A stretch of DNA of 64,000 bases from Chitinophaga pinensis (GCA_943329075.2 CALQCM020000004.1:51123-115122), one strand, 5' to 3'; counted from the first letter of the stretch, positions 44,240 to 54,606 are shown. Program-made: numbers and translations. The notes: generated from the letters alone by a model not told the origin.

Positions 44240-45214
44240 TCAGTCCGGCCGCATGCCCGATTTCCTGACGAGCGGCGCGTAACGCGCAATCTCCGCCCTG
44301 ACGAAGGCGCCGAATTCTTCCGGCGTGGTCGGGCCCGCTTCGGCGCCCTGTTCGGCCAGCCATGCTTTGAAATCCGGATTGTTCAGCACTTTGACGAACT
44401 CGGTGTTGAGCTTCGTCGTGATCGCCGCCGGCGCGCCGGCGGGCAGAAACAATCCATACCAGGTGATTGCTTCGAAGCCGGGATAACCCGCTTCGGCCAC
44501 CGTCGGCAACGACGGCATCAGTGGCGAGCGTTTCGCGCTCGACATCGCGATTACGCGCAGGCGCCCGCTTTTCACCTGTGGCAGCGTCGAGGTCAGGCTG
44601 CTGAAGGTGAGCTGCGTTTCGCCGCTGACCATTGCCGTCAGCGCCGGCGCCGCGCCTTTGTACGGCACGTGCGTCATGGTGATGCCGGCGACGTCGTTGA
44701 GCATGAGCCCGGCAAGGTGGCCGGGCGTGCCGTTGCCTGAGGAGGCGAAGTTGAGCTGGTCCGGCCGCGCCTTCGCCAGCGCGACGAATTCCTTGACGCT
44801 TTTCACCGGTAGCGACGGATGCACGGTCACCATGTACGGAATCAGCGCGATGCGCGTGATCGGCTGAAAATCGCGCACCGCGTCGTACGGCAGTTTTACC
44901 GGCAGGTTCGGATTGATCGCATGCGAGGTGTTGGTGCCCATAAAGATCGTGTAGCCGTCGGCCGGCGAGTGGGCCGCAAGGTCGGCGCCGACCACGGTGC
45001 CGCCGCCGCCGCGATTATCGATGACAATCTGGATGCCGCTGAGTTCCATCAGCTTGGGGGCGAGCGCACGCGCCACGATGTCGGTGCCGCCGCCGGCGGG
45101 GAAGGGCACGATATAGCGGATCGGTTTCGACGGGAACGTTTGTGCAAATGTGATCGCCGGCGTCACTGTTAAGGGCGTGACCAGCAAACCGACGAGAAGT
45201 TTTAGTTTATTCAC
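44240..45214 (-). CDS. Bug/TctC-family substrate-binding protein
   Basis: 324 aa: FPSKPIRYIVPFPAGGGTD, DNRGGGG, ADGYTI. Confidence 0.9.
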   Translation of the reverse strand: MNKLKLLVGLLVTPLTVTPAITFAQTFPSKPIRYIVPFPAGGGTDIVARALAPKLMELSGIQIVIDNRGGGGTVVGADLAAHSPADGYTIFMGTNTSHAINPNLPVKLPYDAVRDFQPITRIALIPYMVTVHPSLPVKSVKEFVALAKARPDQLNFASSGNGTPGHLAGLMLNDVAGITMTHVPYKGAAPALTAMVSGETQLTFSSLTSTLPQVKSGRLRVIAMSSAKRSPLMPSLPTVAEAGYPGFEAITWYGLFLPAGAPAAITTKLNTEFVKVLNNPDFKAWLAEQGAEAGPTTPEEFGAFVRAEIARYAPLVRKSGMRPD

Positions 45215-45253
45215 TGCACATCCTTCAATCTACTGCTGTGACGCTTGAGTGAG

Positions 45254-45319
45254 TCGTCGTCTCCGCGAAAGCGGGGACCCGGTTGCTCGTCTGGATGCCC
45301 GCTTTCGCAGGTACGACGG
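45254..45319. repeat. REP-like family A inverted pair (diverged)
   Basis: gtcgtcgtctccgcgaaagcggggaccc ... ggatgcccgctttcgcaggtacgacgg. Confidence 0.7.
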
Positions 45320-45352
45320 AGTGGGGCGGCGCTGTTCGGCATTCAATACACT

Positions 45353-46846
45353 TTAGTTGCTACCAGCCTGACTTGCTGCAGCCGCCGCACGGCCGGCAAT
45401 GCGCCCGAACACGGTGCCGGAGACGAGGCCCGAGCCGAGCGGATAGTTGAAGTAGAAAACACCGCCGACCATTTCGCCGGCGGTATACAGGCCGGGAATC
45501 GGATGCAGGTTGACATCGAGCACCTGCGCGGAATCCGGATCGATGCGCAGTCCGCCGAACGTGAACGTGATGCCGGCAGTGATGTGCCAGGCCTCGTAGG
45601 GCGGCGTGTCGAGCACATTCGCCCAGTTCGATTTCGGCAGTTCGATGCCCACCGTGCACTTGCCGTCCTTGATGCCGGGATTGAAGGGCACGTCGCGTTT
45701 CACCGCAGCGTTATATTCGCGCACGGTTTTTAAAAAGCCCGCGGGGTTCACGCCCTCGAGTTTTTCGGCGAGCTCTTCCAGCGTATTGGCCGACACGCGA
45801 GTGGCGACCTTGCCGAGGTATTCCGGACGCAGCATGTCGTGCGTTTTGGCATCGAAGACCTGCCACGCGAACTGTTCGGGCTGCTTGAACACCTGTTCGC
45901 CGTACTTGGCATAGGTGTAGCCGTAAAAATCCGCCCCCTCATCGACAAAGCGTTTGCCCTCGGCATTGATCATCAGCGACAGCGGATAGCAGTGGCGGTG
46001 GCAGGCGTGATCGAGTGACAGGTCGCCGAATTCCGGCGCATGGCGTTCCCACGAGGTGGTGTGGCGCCCCGACCAGTTGCCATAGGGGCAGGCGCCGATA
46101 TCCATCGCCATCTTCAGGCCTTCGCCCATGTTGAAGCGCGTGCCGCGCACTTTCGCCAGTTCCCAGCCGGGGCCGAGGTATTTGGTGCGCCACTCGGGAT
46201 TCGCTTCAAAGCCGCCGCAGGCGAGGACCACCGACGGCGCATGATATTGCAGCATCTTGCCGTGGCGCTTGGCGTTGATGCCGGTGACCTTTTCGCCGTC
46301 GTAAATCAGCGATACGGCGCGCGTCTCATATTGCACATCGATGCCGGTTTTGACCGCCGCCTGGTCGAGAAACTGCACGAGTCCGGGCCCGCCGCCGGAG
46401 ACCTCGACTGCCATGCCGCCAAAAAAGCGCCGGCGTCCATCCACCACCGCGGAAGCGGCACGGTAATTGAGCACGAAGTGCACGCCCTGTTTGCGCAGCC
46501 ATTGCATGGACTCCAGGCTCCCGGTGATCAGCAGCTCTGAGAGGCGCGGATCGGTGCGGTAGTTGGTGACCTTGTAGAGATCGTCGTAAAACTCGTCGGT
46601 CGTGTTGGTGTCCCAGTCGGTGTTGCGTGCTTCCTCGTCGGTAATTTCAAGCAGGGTGCGCAGGTCTTCAATCCCGTCGTAGGTAAAGCGCATCATGCCG
46701 CCGGCGAAACGGCTGTTGCCGCCGGACTCGTCCTCAGCGGCGGCTTCCAGCATGACGACGCGCGCGCCGGCATGGCGCGCCTCGAGTGCCGCGCACAACG
46801 CGGCATTGCCCTTGCCAACCACAATTACATCTGCATTGTTCGCCAC
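45353..46846 (-). CDS. FAD-dependent oxidoreductase, tricarballylate dehydrogenase TcuA-like
   Basis: 497 aa with a GTG start after GGAGAA. Features: DVIVVGKGNAALCAALEA...GGNSRFAGG, with an FAD_binding_2-type layout. Confidence 0.65.
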   Translation of the reverse strand: MANNADVIVVGKGNAALCAALEARHAGARVVMLEAAAEDESGGNSRFAGGMMRFTYDGIEDLRTLLEITDEEARNTDWDTNTTDEFYDDLYKVTNYRTDPRLSELLITGSLESMQWLRKQGVHFVLNYRAASAVVDGRRRFFGGMAVEVSGGGPGLVQFLDQAAVKTGIDVQYETRAVSLIYDGEKVTGINAKRHGKMLQYHAPSVVLACGGFEANPEWRTKYLGPGWELAKVRGTRFNMGEGLKMAMDIGACPYGNWSGRHTTSWERHAPEFGDLSLDHACHRHCYPLSLMINAEGKRFVDEGADFYGYTYAKYGEQVFKQPEQFAWQVFDAKTHDMLRPEYLGKVATRVSANTLEELAEKLEGVNPAGFLKTVREYNAAVKRDVPFNPGIKDGKCTVGIELPKSNWANVLDTPPYEAWHITAGITFTFGGLRIDPDSAQVLDVNLHPIPGLYTAGEMVGGVFYFNYPLGSGLVSGTVFGRIAGRAAAAASQAGSN

Positions 46847-47096
46847 GCCTGTTCTCCATGGTTGGTATTGGAATCGCGTTGCAGGAAACCTGTTGCGATC
46901 GTGAACATTTTACAACAACCGCCCGCTGCGCGATGCCGGTGCGCTATGCACCTTGCGCTGACATTGCTCCAGAATATTTTGCGGCGGGCGTCGCCGGACT
47001 GTCTGCGCGCAATCTGTGATAAATTTGATCGCGTCTGTCGTCGCGGCAAATTTCGCCGCATAAAAATATTTTTTAAGAACCGTCAGGGGAGTTTTC

Positions 47097-47936
47097 ATGC
47101 TTAAGTTCGATGAATATTCGACGAAGTATCCGTGCATCAAGATGGAGCGCAAAAACGGCATACTTCTGATGACCACCCATTCCAAGGGCGATACGATCAA
47201 CTGGTCGTATGCGGATCCCGAGGCCTATCCGGGCATCTATTACCATCTTGGTGAAGCCTGGCACGACATCGGCAGCGACGTCGAAAACAAGGTGGTGATC
47301 TGGACGGGCGCGGGCGACGCGTTCGCCGGCCCGCCGGGCAGCGGCAAAAAAGCGCCGCCCCGCACGCCGCGCGGCTGGGAGCGTTCGAACTGGAAGGGCC
47401 GGCACATGCAGATGAACCTGCTCGATATCGACGTGCCGGTGATCTGCGCGGTCAACGGCCCGGCGCTCAAGCACGGCGATCTGATTTTTCTGTGCGATAT
47501 CGTGCTGGCCGCCGAACATGCAACTTTTCAGGACAGCCATCTTTATTGCGACACCGTGCCCGGCGATGGCGCGCATGTGATCTACCCGCTGGTGATGGGC
47601 ATCAATCGCGCGCGTTACTTCCTGCTCACCAGCGAGGTCATTAACGCCAAGCAGGCGCAGGACATGGGTATGGTCAATGAAATTCTGCCCAAGGACAAAC
47701 TGATGGCGCGTGCCTGGGAACTGGCCGAGATGCTGGCGAAAAAGCCGCCGCTGGCGACGCGCTTCGCGCGTTACCTGCTGGTGCATGAGATGCGCAAGAA
47801 AATGCTCGAAATGCAGGGCTACGGCCTGGCGCTCGAAGGCCTGGCCAACATGGACGAAAATCCGGCGCCGATTTTGGAACGTGATTTCCCGGGGCCATCG
47901 GTGGTTCCGCTGCGCACGGGGAAGCCGCTGGACTGA
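47097..47936 (+). CDS. enoyl-CoA hydratase/isomerase (crotonase) family protein
   Basis: 279 aa: VVIWTGAGDAF...ICAVNGPAL..GD..L.CDIVLAAE.A.F. Confidence 0.8.
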   Translation: MLKFDEYSTKYPCIKMERKNGILLMTTHSKGDTINWSYADPEAYPGIYYHLGEAWHDIGSDVENKVVIWTGAGDAFAGPPGSGKKAPPRTPRGWERSNWKGRHMQMNLLDIDVPVICAVNGPALKHGDLIFLCDIVLAAEHATFQDSHLYCDTVPGDGAHVIYPLVMGINRARYFLLTSEVINAKQAQDMGMVNEILPKDKLMARAWELAEMLAKKPPLATRFARYLLVHEMRKKMLEMQGYGLALEGLANMDENPAPILERDFPGPSVVPLRTGKPLD

Positions 47937-47951
47937 TACGCCGCGTTAAAC

Positions 47952-47984
47952 AAAAAAGGCTGGTGCTTGCGCCAGCCTTTTTTT
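47952..47984. terminator. bidirectional intrinsic terminator
   Basis: A6-ggctggtgc..gcgccagcc-T7 lies between the convergent crotonase and SDR genes. Confidence 0.75.
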
Positions 47985-48016
47985 CGTCCCTTCTTTTTCA
48001 GGCCGCCGGGCCGCGA

Positions 48017-49078
48017 TCAGGGAATCAGCTTCTCCGCCCTGAAGCGATCGAACATGCCGAGAAACATCTGCTCGCTGTCGAGGCATTCGGCAAAGCCCGC
48101 CTGACGCACGCGGATGGTGTCGGAAATGAAATCGTATTCGCAGCCCAGCCGTGAATTGGGTGGCGAAAACGCACCCTGCGCCCATTCAGGCGTGCGCTCG
48201 AACGGAAACGCCTTGAGGCCGTACTTGCGCGTCATACTCTCCCACAGCGGTTGCTTGTCGGAGAGAAACTCTCTCAGTGAATAGGCTTGCGGGCCGGCCA
48301 GTTCAAGCCCGAAGTAACGCGCCAGCGCCGGCCACATATATTTCCAGCGGAACATGTCGCCGTTGCCGACGTTGAACGCGCGGTTGCCGCATTCCGGCGT
48401 GGTCGAAACATAAATCGCGCCGCGTGCCAGCAGTTCAGCATCGACGACCTGGATCAAGGCGTTAAAGCAGGCCTCGGTGCTCGGGAAACCGAACGGCTGG
48501 CCAAGTTCGCGCACGATCGACCCGTAAATCGCGAGGACTGTGGCGAGATTCACCGGATTGCCCGCGGCATAGCCGCACACCGCCTGCGGCCGCACGCCGG
48601 TCCAGGTCCAGCGTTTGCCTTGTTGCCGTCCCGTGACGAGATCCTCTTCGGAATAATAGAAGTCACCACCCGGGATGCGCGGATCGGTTTCCTTGGCCGG
48701 CGTTTTGAACGGGCCGAGATAGCTGCCGTAGTACTTGGTACCTTGCAGCAGGTTGATGTTGGCGAAATTCGGTGCCACGGCTTCGATGGCATCGAGCGTG
48801 TTACCGATCATTTTCAGGCGCGTGTCCGCTTGCGCATCATTGGCGCAATGAAACAGGTGTGTGACATCGGCGCAGGCGGCGAGTGCACGGTGCGTGGCGG
48901 CGCCATCAGTGAGATCGACGGCGACATGATGAAACTGCGCGAACGGCCCGCCGCGCAGCTGCGGCGCACGGCGCGAAACGCCATAGATTTTCCAGCCGGC
49001 GTGGGCCAGTTGTTCGGCGAGTGGTGTGCCGGTGACGCCCGAAGCGCCGATTACCATGCCAACTTTGGGTTTATCCAT
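48017..49078 (-). CDS. extended-SDR NAD-dependent epimerase/dehydratase family protein
   Basis: 353 aa with an N-terminal GASGVTG Rossmann motif. Confidence 0.7.
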   Translation of the reverse strand: MDKPKVGMVIGASGVTGTPLAEQLAHAGWKIYGVSRRAPQLRGGPFAQFHHVAVDLTDGAATHRALAACADVTHLFHCANDAQADTRLKMIGNTLDAIEAVAPNFANINLLQGTKYYGSYLGPFKTPAKETDPRIPGGDFYYSEEDLVTGRQQGKRWTWTGVRPQAVCGYAAGNPVNLATVLAIYGSIVRELGQPFGFPSTEACFNALIQVVDAELLARGAIYVSTTPECGNRAFNVGNGDMFRWKYMWPALARYFGLELAGPQAYSLREFLSDKQPLWESMTRKYGLKAFPFERTPEWAQGAFSPPNSRLGCEYDFISDTIRVRQAGFAECLDSEQMFLGMFDRFRAEKLIP

Positions 49079-49087
49079 CGTATTTTT

Positions 49088-49156
49088 CGTCGTCGCCGCG
49101 AAAGCGGGGACCTAGGGTTTTGATGTTGGATTTCCGCATTCGCGGGAATGACGAAG
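49088..49156. repeat. REP-like family A inverted pair
   Basis: cgtcgtcgccgcgaaagcggggacc ... ggatttccgcattcgcgggaatgacg. Confidence 0.75.
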
Positions 49157-49190
49157 TGGAACCTGTCTTCGTCATGGGCATTTGCAATTC

Positions 49191-50216
49191 TTAACGATTT
49201 TCTCCAAGCAGCTCCAGCGCGGTCTTCTCGCAGATCTGCGCGCGCTCATCGGCCGTCAGTTGCGGCACCTTGTCGAGCTCGGCCAGCGGGTCCGGGTAAC
49301 CCATGTCGAAGGGATTGTCGGAGCCGATCACCACACGGTCTGCACCGACCTGCTCGATCAGATAGCGCAGCGCTTTCGGATCGTGCGTGAGCGCATCGAA
49401 ATAAAAGCGTCGCAACAGCGTGCGCGGTGAAGTTTTTGTTGCCGCACTCGCGGCCGGGCGATGGCGATGCGCGCATTCGAAACGCCCGATCTGGTACGGC
49501 ACATAGCCGCCGCCGTGTGCAATCAGAATGCGCAGCGACTTCATTTCGTCGAGCGCGCCGCTCATCATCAGATGCGCCGCCATGATCACTTCGTCGAGCG
49601 GAAAACCGATGGTGTTGAACAGCTCAAAACCTTCCATGCCACCGTGCGCCAGGCATTTGTTCGGATGAATGAAGATGAAACAGCCCAACTGTTCGATCGT
49701 CCGCAGGATCGGCCGGAATTTTTCATGCGCCAGCAGCTCGCCTTCGATGGAACTCCCCATCTCGACGGCCTTGAAGCCGTAGTTTTTTACCACGCGCTCA
49801 AGTTCGGCGATCGCCGCATCGGCGTTCTGCATCGGCAGGGTGGCCATGCCGCGCAGCCGCGCCGGATATTTGGCGACCATTTCGGCGATGCCGTCGTTGT
49901 GCAGCTTCGACGCATGCAGCCCGTCGTCGGCCGGCAGTTCGTAGAAATAAGTCGGCGGCGCGACCGAAATGCCGGAGATGTCGATGCGCATGCGGTCCAT
50001 GTCGGCGATCTTGGCATCGATGTCGTACAGCATGCGTTCGATTTCAGTGAGGCGGTTGTTGGTTTCCCAATAGAGTATGCCGTCGCGATCAACGACCTTG
50101 ACGCCGTTGCCGGATTTTCCCTTGGCGCCGAACCGGTCCGGATCGGCGCGCATGGCCGCCAGAATGTTCGGCGGCACGACATGGCTGTGCAAATCGATGC
50201 TCTTCATTTTTTGCAT
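49191..50216 (-). CDS. amidohydrolase_2 (ACMSD-like) family metal-dependent hydrolase/decarboxylase
   Basis: Start at ATG 50216 (MQKMKSIDLHSHVVP), giving 341 aa. It has an HxH motif and lies 2 nt downstream of the Bug stop. The rest of the 617-aa track ORF is a read-through artefact over the Bug gene. Confidence 0.8.
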   Translation of the reverse strand: MQKMKSIDLHSHVVPPNILAAMRADPDRFGAKGKSGNGVKVVDRDGILYWETNNRLTEIERMLYDIDAKIADMDRMRIDISGISVAPPTYFYELPADDGLHASKLHNDGIAEMVAKYPARLRGMATLPMQNADAAIAELERVVKNYGFKAVEMGSSIEGELLAHEKFRPILRTIEQLGCFIFIHPNKCLAHGGMEGFELFNTIGFPLDEVIMAAHLMMSGALDEMKSLRILIAHGGGYVPYQIGRFECAHRHRPAASAATKTSPRTLLRRFYFDALTHDPKALRYLIEQVGADRVVIGSDNPFDMGYPDPLAELDKVPQLTADERAQICEKTALELLGENR

Positions 50217-50218
50217 GA

Positions 50219-51193
50219 TCAATCGATCCTGATGCCGACGGATTTGATGAGTTTCGACCAGCGTGTGAATTCGCGCTTGATGTAGACCGCCATTTCCTCC
50301 GGCGTACTGCCGACGGCCATTGCGCCGGCGCCCTCGAGACGTTCCTTCACGTCGGGGCGCGCCAGCACTTTGGCAATTTCCTGATGCAGGCGGCGCACGA
50401 TGGCCGGCGGCGTGCCGGTTGGTACCACGACGCCGTGCCATTCCGATACCTCGAAGTCCGGGATGCCGATCGCTTCGGCAATGGTCGGCGCATCGCGCAG
50501 CGTGGGGTCGCGTTTCAGCGTGCTGACGGCGAGCGCATTCAGTTTGCCGCTGCGGATATGCGGCAGCGAATTCGGAATCGGAATGAAGGCCACCCCGGTT
50601 TCGCCGCCGACGGTGGAGATGACCTGCGGCCCACCGCCCTTGTACGGAACATGCAGCATCTTGGCGCCGACAACGTCGAGAAAGAGTTCCGTTACCAGAT
50701 GGCTCGCGCTGGCATTGCCTGCCGACGAGTATTTCATCGCGCCCGGTTTGGCTTTGGCGAGAGCGATGAGTTCCTTGACGTTTTTCACCGGTACCGAAGG
50801 ATGCACGGTCAGCGCCATCGGCACCATCGCCGTGAGGCTCACCGGCATCAAATCCTTTTCCGAATCGAAGGGCATTTTTTCGATCAGAAACGGGTTGGCA
50901 CCGAAGGCGATATTGGATGCGCCGAGCGTGTAACCGTTGGGTGGCGACTTGGCGACGATGTCGAGGCCGATGATCGAACTCGCGCCGGCGCGGTTGTCGA
51001 TGACGATCTGCTGGCCGAGGGATTCCGCCAGCACCGGCGCCCACAGACGGAAGGTTACGTCAGTGCCGCCGCCGACCGGCCACGGAATGACCAGGCGTAT
51101 CGGGCGGTTCGGATAATCCTGCGCCGTTGCGAATCCGGAAATAAGCAATGAAAAAGCCGAGAGTGCAAGCAAGAACAAACGCGAACGCAACAT
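50219..51193 (-). CDS. Bug/TctC-family substrate-binding protein
   Basis: Start at ATG 51193 (MLRSRLFLLALSAF) after GGAGGAAGG, giving 324 aa: YPNRPIRLVIPWPVGGGTD, DNRAGAS, PNGYTL. Confidence 0.9.
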   Translation of the reverse strand: MLRSRLFLLALSAFSLLISGFATAQDYPNRPIRLVIPWPVGGGTDVTFRLWAPVLAESLGQQIVIDNRAGASSIIGLDIVAKSPPNGYTLGASNIAFGANPFLIEKMPFDSEKDLMPVSLTAMVPMALTVHPSVPVKNVKELIALAKAKPGAMKYSSAGNASASHLVTELFLDVVGAKMLHVPYKGGGPQVISTVGGETGVAFIPIPNSLPHIRSGKLNALAVSTLKRDPTLRDAPTIAEAIGIPDFEVSEWHGVVVPTGTPPAIVRRLHQEIAKVLARPDVKERLEGAGAMAVGSTPEEMAVYIKREFTRWSKLIKSVGIRID

Positions 51194-51425
51194 GAGAGCC
51201 TTCCTCCAATGGTATGGGCAGCGTTTCGCAGTCCTGAACGCATGCAGACTGAAACGCGCTGCGGAATCCTGTGATCGATTTAGCATCGATTTTTTATTGG
51301 GCCGCCGCTGCATCGGGACGCGCGCCGGCCTGCAGTGATTTTGCAGCGTTTTGCCTCGCGCCACAACAATTCAACAATGAAAAATTGCACCAACGCAGAA
51401 GCCACCTTGCGCGGCGCCGCTGTTT

Positions 51426-52397
51426 TTAGTCAATGCGAATTTCGGCAGAGCGGATCAGCCTGCCCCATTTTGCAATGTCGGATTTGACCATCGTCTCGAG
51501 CGCCGCGGGCGTGCTGCCCACCGCTTCCATGCCGGTGGCGAAGAACCGCTCCATGACATCCGGTTTGCGCAGAAACTGCGCAACTTCCTGGCTCAGTGCG
51601 TTGACGATGGCAGGTGGCGTTGCGTTTGGCGCGAAAAATCCATTGACCAATACCGCTTCGAATCCCGGCAGGCCGGCAGCAGCGATGGTCGGCACACCCG
51701 GGAAGAGGCGCGAGGGTTCCGCCGTGGTGACAGCGAGCGCGCGCACGCGGTTCATTTTCAGTGGTGCGCTGACCGATCCGGCGCTGGCAAAAGTCAGCTC
51801 GGCTTCACCACCCAGTACGGCCAGCAGCGCAGGTCCGCCGCCTTTGTAGGGCACGGGCACGAAGTTGACGCCCGCCATCGACTTAAACAATTCCGCTGAA
51901 AGGTGCGAGGCGCCGCCCGCGGAGGCGCGCGAATAATTCAATTCGCCGGGCCGCGCTTTGGCCAGCGCGATCAGATCGCGCACGGATTTCACCGGCAGCG
52001 ACGGATGCACCACCAGCACGCTCGGCGAACTGTCGGTCACTGCGATCGGTGCAAAGTCGCGCACCGGATCATAGGGCACGTTGTCCTGCAACAGCGGCAA
52101 GAGCCAGATCGGACTGGTGAATAGCAACAGGTTGTAACCGTCGGGCGGCGCCTTCGCCACCATCTGCGCGGCGATCACACCGTTGGCGCCGCCGCGGTTA
52201 TCGACAATGAACTGCTGACCCAGACTTGCCCCGAGCCCCTGCGCCAGCATGCGCGCGGTGAAATCGCTGGCACCGCCGACCGCGGCGGTGACGATGCGGA
52301 CGGGTTTGACAGGGTAGCTGCCTTGCGCGAGCGCGGCGCTGCAGGCTGTCCATAAAAGGACCGGCAGGCAGTAGCGGACGGGCGCAGCGGAATTCAT
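51426..52397 (-). CDS. Bug/TctC-family substrate-binding protein
   Basis: Start at ATG 52397 (MNSAAPVRY) with an ATGA overlap with the upstream reductase gene, giving 323 aa. Confidence 0.9.
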   Translation of the reverse strand: MNSAAPVRYCLPVLLWTACSAALAQGSYPVKPVRIVTAAVGGASDFTARMLAQGLGASLGQQFIVDNRGGANGVIAAQMVAKAPPDGYNLLLFTSPIWLLPLLQDNVPYDPVRDFAPIAVTDSSPSVLVVHPSLPVKSVRDLIALAKARPGELNYSRASAGGASHLSAELFKSMAGVNFVPVPYKGGGPALLAVLGGEAELTFASAGSVSAPLKMNRVRALAVTTAEPSRLFPGVPTIAAAGLPGFEAVLVNGFFAPNATPPAIVNALSQEVAQFLRKPDVMERFFATGMEAVGSTPAALETMVKSDIAKWGRLIRSAEIRID

Positions 52398-53434
52398 GAC
52401 TGCGCGGCGAGCAGTTGTTGCACGCGCGCGAGATTGGATCGATCGGGTTTGCGCGCGCCGCTGCAAATCTCCCGATCGACCTCGACGATGGCGGCATTGG
52501 CCGGTGTCGGCACGTTGACCTGTTTGCCCTTGCTGACGATAAGCCCGTTGAGGCATTCGGTTTCGGTGTGGCGGCCCTTCAGATAATCCTGCAGGGAAAC
52601 GCCGCGCACTTTGGTACCGGCCTTGCCGTGCAGCACGATGGTTCCGGCCAGCTTCCTGACCACGTCTTCGGTCGATCCGGCGAAATCTGCCGGCCCCAGG
52701 CCGAATATCGGTTCGATTGAAAACCCCAGCGCTTTGGCAACAGTCATTGCTTCGGTGCCGCAGCGGATCAACAATTCAAGGACACCCGGCACTTCGGTGG
52801 CTTCCCACAGTTTCAGGCCGAGCACGCCGAGCGGGCCGAGCAACATCGAACTGCTGATGAGCTTGGTCCATTTTGCGCTCATGATGTTCGGTGTCAGGGA
52901 AACGCGCCCGACATTTTTCATGATCGATTCGAGCTCCTGCAGCCGCGGCGTGATTTCTCCGGTCAGTTCGCCCAGGCCGAACCACGCTTTCTGATGCGAA
53001 GTGTTTCTCTGCACGATGCCCGGTGTGAAGACTTCGGCGGACAGTTCGACCACACAGCCGACATCGCGCTCGGCGCCGATGATGGGCGCAACCCACTCGT
53101 CGTTAAGACTGTTCTGCACCGGCACCAGCACACCGTCCGGTTTCAGATAGGGTTTGATGAATTGCGCCAGCCAGCAGCTGTCGTAAGACTTCGAGGTGAG
53201 CAGGACGATATCGAACTGCGTATTGAGCGTACAGACTTCGCACAGGTGATAGGCGCGTACCGGTGTGTGCAATTCTTCTTCCGGCAGAATAATGCGCAGG
53301 CCGTTGGTTTTCATTGCCTCAACGTGGGCGGGCCATTGATCGATCAGCACCACGTCGTAGCCGGCCTGTGTGATATCGGCGCCCACGCTGCTGCCGATTG
53401 CGCCGGCGCCAAGTACGGCTATTTTCTTGTCCAC
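52394..53434 (-). CDS. ketopantoate reductase (PanE/ApbA) family oxidoreductase
   Basis: 346 aa: MDKKIAVLGAGAIGSSVGADI Rossmann N-terminus. Confidence 0.8.
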   Translation of the reverse strand: MDKKIAVLGAGAIGSSVGADITQAGYDVVLIDQWPAHVEAMKTNGLRIILPEEELHTPVRAYHLCEVCTLNTQFDIVLLTSKSYDSCWLAQFIKPYLKPDGVLVPVQNSLNDEWVAPIIGAERDVGCVVELSAEVFTPGIVQRNTSHQKAWFGLGELTGEITPRLQELESIMKNVGRVSLTPNIMSAKWTKLISSSMLLGPLGVLGLKLWEATEVPGVLELLIRCGTEAMTVAKALGFSIEPIFGLGPADFAGSTEDVVRKLAGTIVLHGKAGTKVRGVSLQDYLKGRHTETECLNGLIVSKGKQVNVPTPANAAIVEVDREICSGARKPDRSNLARVQQLLAAQS

Positions 53435-53470
53435 ATGATCTCCATTTTGATGCGCCGCCGAGTGAACACT

Positions 53471-54463
53471 TTAATTGGTCGGCGCAGCAGTCGGTTCGAT
53501 ACCGGCGCGTTTGAACAATTCCGCCAGGCCGGCAATTTCGGTTTTCACGAACTTGGCGAATTCCTCCGGTGTGTTGCCGACCGGCACGCAACCGAGATCA
53601 TTGAGCCGCTTCATGACCTCTGGACGCTTCAATACCGCGACGACTGCGCGCTGCATGACGGCAATGGAATCTGCAGGCGTTTTTGCCGGCACCATCAAGC
53701 CGAACCAGTTGGAAAATTCATAACCTTTGAGGCCTGTTTCGGCGACCGTCGGCAGTTCCGGCAGTTGCGGAAAGCGCTGTGCACTCGTCACCGCGATAGC
53801 GCGCAGGCGCTTCTCCTTCAAATAGGGCAAGGCGGTCACCACCGGCGCAAAGTAGACCTGCACCTCGCCGGAGAGCACGGCAATCATCGCGGGGCCGCCG
53901 CCCTTGTAAGGGATATGCAACAGGTTGACGCCTGCCATGCTGTTAAACAACTCGCCGGGGAGGTAGGTCGCGCCGCCGAAGCCGCCCGAGGAATAATTGA
54001 TGGCGCCGGGCTTCGTTTTCGCCAGCCTGATCAACTCGCCCATGGTTTTGACCGGCAACGAGGGATGCACGACAACCAGATGTGGCGACAACGCCAATTG
54101 CGTGACCGGAGAAAAATCGCGCAGCAGATCGTAGGGCAGGTTGCGGTAGAGGTTTGCGTTTGCGGTCAGCGTCGAACTGACATTGAGCAGGGTGTAACCG
54201 TCGGCCGGCGCTTTGGCGACCAGTTCCGCGCCGATGTTTTGCGCGGCGCCGGCGCGATTGTCGACGATCACCTGCTGGCGCAGCAGTTCCGAAAGTCCCG
54301 GCGTCAGAATGCGCACAATGACATCGCCGCCGCTGCCCGGTGTGCTGGGCACGATCAGGCGCAAGACCTTGGACGGAAAAGTCTGCGCGCAGACCGCGGC
54401 GCAGACAAGAAAAAGCAGTGAGGCGACGGCGAGCCGAATCGCGCACGAATGGATTATCCTCAT
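53471..54463 (-). CDS. Bug/TctC-family substrate-binding protein
   Basis: Start at ATG 54463 (MRIIHSCAIRL) after GGGGAGGG, giving 330 aa. Confidence 0.9.
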   Translation of the reverse strand: MRIIHSCAIRLAVASLLFLVCAAVCAQTFPSKVLRLIVPSTPGSGGDVIVRILTPGLSELLRQQVIVDNRAGAAQNIGAELVAKAPADGYTLLNVSSTLTANANLYRNLPYDLLRDFSPVTQLALSPHLVVVHPSLPVKTMGELIRLAKTKPGAINYSSGGFGGATYLPGELFNSMAGVNLLHIPYKGGGPAMIAVLSGEVQVYFAPVVTALPYLKEKRLRAIAVTSAQRFPQLPELPTVAETGLKGYEFSNWFGLMVPAKTPADSIAVMQRAVVAVLKRPEVMKRLNDLGCVPVGNTPEEFAKFVKTEIAGLAELFKRAGIEPTAAPTN

Positions 54464-54606
54464 ACGAATCGCCCTCCCCGCTGCAAATGGCCGGATGCAA
54501 ATTTTTTTTCTTGTTCCGGCGATGGCCGCTGCGCCGGAATACGCGGCCTGCGGCATTGTAATCGATTCTACAACGTCAAATATTTACCGTTTGCGATCCG
54601 GTTGCG

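Noticed and set aside
44108-44249. A flanking duplication of the Bug gene 3' end around the family B/C elements at 44.1 kb (atcagtcgcagg versus atcagtccggcc).
   Set aside because: Only about 7 contiguous matching nucleotides, which is not distinguishable from chance.
49191-51044. The 617-aa ORF spanning the amidohydrolase and, out of frame, the Bug gene.
   Set aside because: Only the C-terminal 341 aa (from MQKMKSIDLHSH) resemble an amidohydrolase. The N-terminal part is Arg/Gly-rich and overlaps a well-supported Bug gene in another frame.
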